A stretch of DNA of 64,000 nt from Paraspadella gotoi. Lineage: Eukaryota; Animalia; Chaetognatha. How positions within the stretch are numbered: the first letter of the stretch is position 1; every line of letters starts with the position of its first letter. The DNA lies in NCBI GenBank assembly GCA_051294375.1, contig CM119266.1, positions 8,208,606-8,272,605 of the forward strand, read 5' to 3'. Under the pieces are notes generated by a model that was not told the origin of the DNA, did not search any database, and saw only the letters and a list, made by a program, of their open reading frames with translations. Positions 60,301-64,000 of this stretch are shown here, in pieces. The translations under genes were made by a program, and so were the position numbers.

Positions 60301-62015
60301 CGACGCAGTGGCCGGTCAAATGATCATCGCCATTCTTCTACACACTTAATGGCAAAAATTAATAACGGTGGCCTTCTTAAAAAGCGGCTAGAATAGAAAA
60401 TAGAACACGAATAAATGAACATATCAATACATCATTAATAATATTGAAAACGGAAACGTTTATTTATTGTAACGAAGGTCTTTAATTGATGTTTCAAAAA
60501 GAAGTCCTTCTGTGATGGATCCAGAAATAGCAATGTCCTCCGCGTGATTTCGCTCCTGCACAGTCCGACGAGTTCTCGCTGCCATTACACCCCCGCCCCA
60601 GAAGGTGTCCCCCGTAATCGCGTCGGAAGGAACATAATCCGCGAGCATGATGCTGCCAGCAGATTTGTCGAATGGGTCGAGAGGCGGGACATTTACGAAA
60701 GGGCGAAATACTTACGGGCCGAACTGGCGATCTTCAGAGGGAGCATGTCGGAACGAGGGGAGATTTGGGAGAAGAACCTGCGTTGGAAGGCGGCTCAGGT
60801 GGGGCAGAAGGGGGCCGTTCCCGCCTGTCGTCGGACCTTCCTATTTTTTCTCCCTCTTTCTACTCCCATATCTCTCGCCCTCTTCTCCCCCTCTCACCCT
60901 CCCTCATTTCTTCCCCACTTCCGCTTAAATCTTCCTTTTCCCCTGCTCCCTCTTTATCGCCTCCTCATCCCAATCTCCTTCCTTCTATTCGCGTTCTCCC
61001 TCCTTCCTTTTCCTCCTCCCTTTCCTCTCTCCTCGACCCTTGTCTTCGCTCGTCCCTCCCTCATTCTCGCCCACTCTAAATCTCATCTTTACCGCCTCGC
61101 CTATTTCCTCTCCCAATTCCTTTCTCCTCTTTCGCTTCTCCCGCCCTCCCTCCTTTTCCCTCCTCCCTCACCTCTCTCCTCACCCATTCTCCTTATCTCC
61201 CTCCGCTCATTTCCCCTACTGGCTAATCTCCTTTCACTCTCTACTCTTCTATTCTTTTCCCCAAACAAACCCCCAAGACTGTTCACTCTCCACTCACATC
61301 CCCTCTTCCTCTTGTCGCCTTCTCTTTCCTCCATTTTCCTCTTCCCTCCCCCCTCTCTACACCCCTCGCCTCTCACTCGTCCTCCCAAGATGAGCCAAAA
61401 GACATTCCCGCGACAAAGTTCGTGGATTTGGATTTCCCAGAGGACCAACGCCCCCAAATCGCACTAAAAAGAACACTCGAGGCTGGGCTGTCGCAGAACG
61501 TCTGCGAATCATCTCAGCCCACAACGTTGACCCCTCCAAACGCCTTGCGCGCTTTTTCTTTCGACCAACAACACGGCCATCGCTCATAAGTCTGGTCCAA
61601 GGATTTTGGAACCGAGTTCAAGGACCGATGTACAGGAGGGATGGGGCGTACTTTTGCACTTGAGTGACGGTGGCCGCCAGTGACCAGTAGACGAGCGAAA
61701 CAACTCATGCCTCACTAATAGGGGAGGGTTGAAGGGTAGGGCAGAGAGAGGAGGAGAGTGTAGCTCGTTACAGGCATTATTAGGAAAGAGTCATAGCCAC
61801 GATTAGAAAGAGAGGCGAGAAAAGAAAGGGGAAAGAGAGGTTCACATATTATATAGAGAATAATTAGAAATAAATGTGAAAACGGGTTTTTGTCCGGTTG
61901 AGACGTGAATGGCGGCGGACCTGAACTTGGTAGGCGACGAGAGAGAGGATGAGGATCGATAGAGAAGGAGGAGACAGACGATGAGACGAGGGGGGAGAGG
62001 AAGAGAGACGAGAGA

Positions 62016-62046
<31 letters not shown>

Positions 62047-62185
62047 CGAGCGAGTTATACCCACCATTTTGTTTAGATAAAGAATAGCTTCCCCACAAGG
62101 TTCAGTTACCTTGACAACGCAGACCTCGACTAGCAATCGACCGAACCAACTTTTTCCTTTCCTTTCAGACCGAAACGAACCACGC

Positions 62186-62224
<39 letters not shown>

Positions 62225-62352
62225 CTCTCTCTTTCCTCCCTCCCCCCTCTCCGTCCCTCCCTTCTCTCTGCCTCTCTCCTGCTCTCTCGTCTATCTCTCT
62301 CTCTCGTCTCCTGTCCTCTCCTCTCCATCTCTCTCTCTCTGCTCTCTCTCTC

Positions 62353-62391
<39 letters not shown>

Positions 62392-62990
62392 TCCCTCCCT
62401 GCCTTCCTCCTCCGCCTCCCTCCGCTCTCTCCGTCTCCACTCTCTCTCTCCCTCTCCCTCTCTCTCTCCCTCCCTCTTCCCTCCCTCCTCCAGGTTCCTT
62501 CGGCGAAGGATTGGAGAGCCACACTGTCGACTACGGCGGATTCTGTCTCCTCGACGCGATAGACGGTACATTCATTGTCGCGCCAGATAGCTTCGGCATA
62601 TGAGGAGGGACGACGATTTCGGAGAGAAGAGGAGGAGGAAGCGCATGTTCGTCTGGGCGGTGGAGGACGATGAAGGTGTGTGGGGTGGGTGCGAGGGAGG
62701 GGCGGGTGAGTGGTTGTTTGAGCATGTGTGGGCGGGGGGGCATCGTTGCGTTTGGCAATCTCGCGCGGGGGACGCATAGGGACGGCGCTCCTATATCTGA
62801 GATATCACGTTAGTGTGGCATTGCAAAAAATTGTCACCCCGCTTGTAAACACGATAGTTTCAGTTGTGACCCGTTGGCTCATTTAGTAAAGTCATCGGCC
62901 CCTGACCATTAGGTACCGGGAACCGCCGTCAACCGCCCTGAGAGTTTCGAAAATCCCTCCAGGATCTGTCCCATTGGTGTCGAGGGGATT
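57360..62990 (+). other. Direct, indel-rich second copy of ~47845-51400 plus downstream flank (probable gap-fill artefact or other haplotype)
   Basis: Starts after a 25-N gap (57335-57359) with ttttatattttatttcatttt, matching ~47847. Tubulin exon copies at ~60605-60798, ~61390-61662 and 62494-~62586. Confidence 0.8.
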
Positions 62991-63110
62991 CACTTTGCTC
63001 CTTATCTGCATTCATTTTAATAACCCGACTTGAATTAATGTGTAATTTGTATGGCATTGCAACGTTAGTCAATCAATTTTCAAAATATGCAACTCATTTT
63101 ATTTTTCTAG

Positions 63111-63363
63111 AACCACCGCCTCCGGAAAACGGGGAACAACCGGAGGGAGAACCGGGCGAAGAACAACCGCCAGAACAACCGCCGGAACAACTGCCAGAAC
63201 AACCGCAAGAACCAAATGAAGAACAAAATGAAGTACAAAGAGAAGAACAAAGAGAAGAACAACCGGAGGAAGAGGGGGCGAACGTCTCGAGGATGAAGTC
63301 TGCGTCTGAGGAGAATTTCAATGGAGCTTATCTGACGGCGATGGAGAATAAGGAGAGGTTGGA

Positions 63364-63398
<35 letters not shown>

Positions 63399-63713
63399 TT
63401 ATTGTTTTGATTGAATTGATTGATTGATTGTTTTGATTGGATTGATCGATTGATTGATTGGATTGATTGAGTTATTTACAGTATTTAAGCCACTATTTAT
63501 TTATTTTTTTTTACTAATTTTTTTAAATATATTTAATAATTCAATAATTCTAGGGATCAGTTGTTTAGATTATTAAAATCATTACCAATGCCAATTATTG
63601 CTTGACTTTGGTTAATCAACTGAAATTATTTTAAAATTATCCCACTTATTGATATATTCAAATTTGACTGATTAATTCATTAATTGATTGAGACTAATTG
63701 ATCTATCCATCTG

Positions 63714-63796
<83 letters not shown>

Positions 63797-64000
63797 GTAG
63801 TCGGGCATTGCCTAGGTTCACCCCGCCTAGAATCATGACATTGTTCCCCCAACTTCACAACTGAAAGTGTCATGATTCTAGGCGGGGTGAACCTAGGCAA
63901 TGCCCGACTACATATCTATCTATCTATCTTTCTATTTAATCTATTCCAAGGGCCGAAAAAAACTACCAAGACGCTCTCGCCCTGCGGTCGACGGCCGGAA
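63111..64000 (+). CDS. Glu/Pro/Gln-rich exon plus next exon; putative extended C-terminus of the beta-tubulin
   Basis: Acceptor ttttctag at 63110; exon reads PPPPENGEQPEGEPGEEQPPEQ...EEGANVSRMKSASEENFNGAYLTAMENKE. The donor AG|gt after 63357 joins in phase to 63951-64000 (RAEKNYQDALALRSTAG). The link to tubulin is inferred from position and strand only. Confidence 0.55.
63796..63912. mobile_element. Palindromic MITE-like element: perfect 45-bp inverted repeats around a 27-bp spacer
   Basis: tgtagtcgggcattgcctaggttcaccccgcctagaatcatgaca (63796-63840) and its exact reverse complement (63868-63912), inside an (ATCT)n tract. Confidence 0.85.

Noticed and set aside
52200-62600. Additional tubulin paralogues or pseudogenes
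   Set aside because: Indel pattern, inversion and 25-N gap point to raw-read duplicates of the same locus.

Overview
Animal (invertebrate-type) nuclear DNA with AT-rich introns, GC-rich exons and many (GA)n/(ATCT)n/(ATCA)n microsatellites. The ORF track is mostly noise, so I built the gene models by hand from splice sites and reading-frame phase. Minus strand, left to right: a His/Asp-rich exon cut by the window edge; a 6-exon Sushi+Kunitz protein (8.9-11.7 kb); a divergent TRPM channel (13.4-21.9 kb); a 3-exon, 100-aa Cys-rich prepropeptide (22.9-23.8 kb); and a mosaic trypsin-type protease (TSP1, 6 LDLa, two copies of an unrecognised 6-Cys module; 24.6-30.9 kb). Plus strand: a fibrinogen-domain-like fragment (~35.4 kb) and a highly divergent beta-tubulin from 38.7 kb, with altered GTP motifs and possibly a long E/P/Q-rich tail. 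About 51.4-63 kb holds inverted and direct indel-rich copies of the tubulin 3' region around a 25-N gap, most likely a long-read gap-filling artefact. Also present: a DINE/HINE-like Helentron derivative and two small palindromic MITE-like elements. I saw no rRNA, tRNA or CRISPR. No database searches were run; family assignments rest on recalled motifs.
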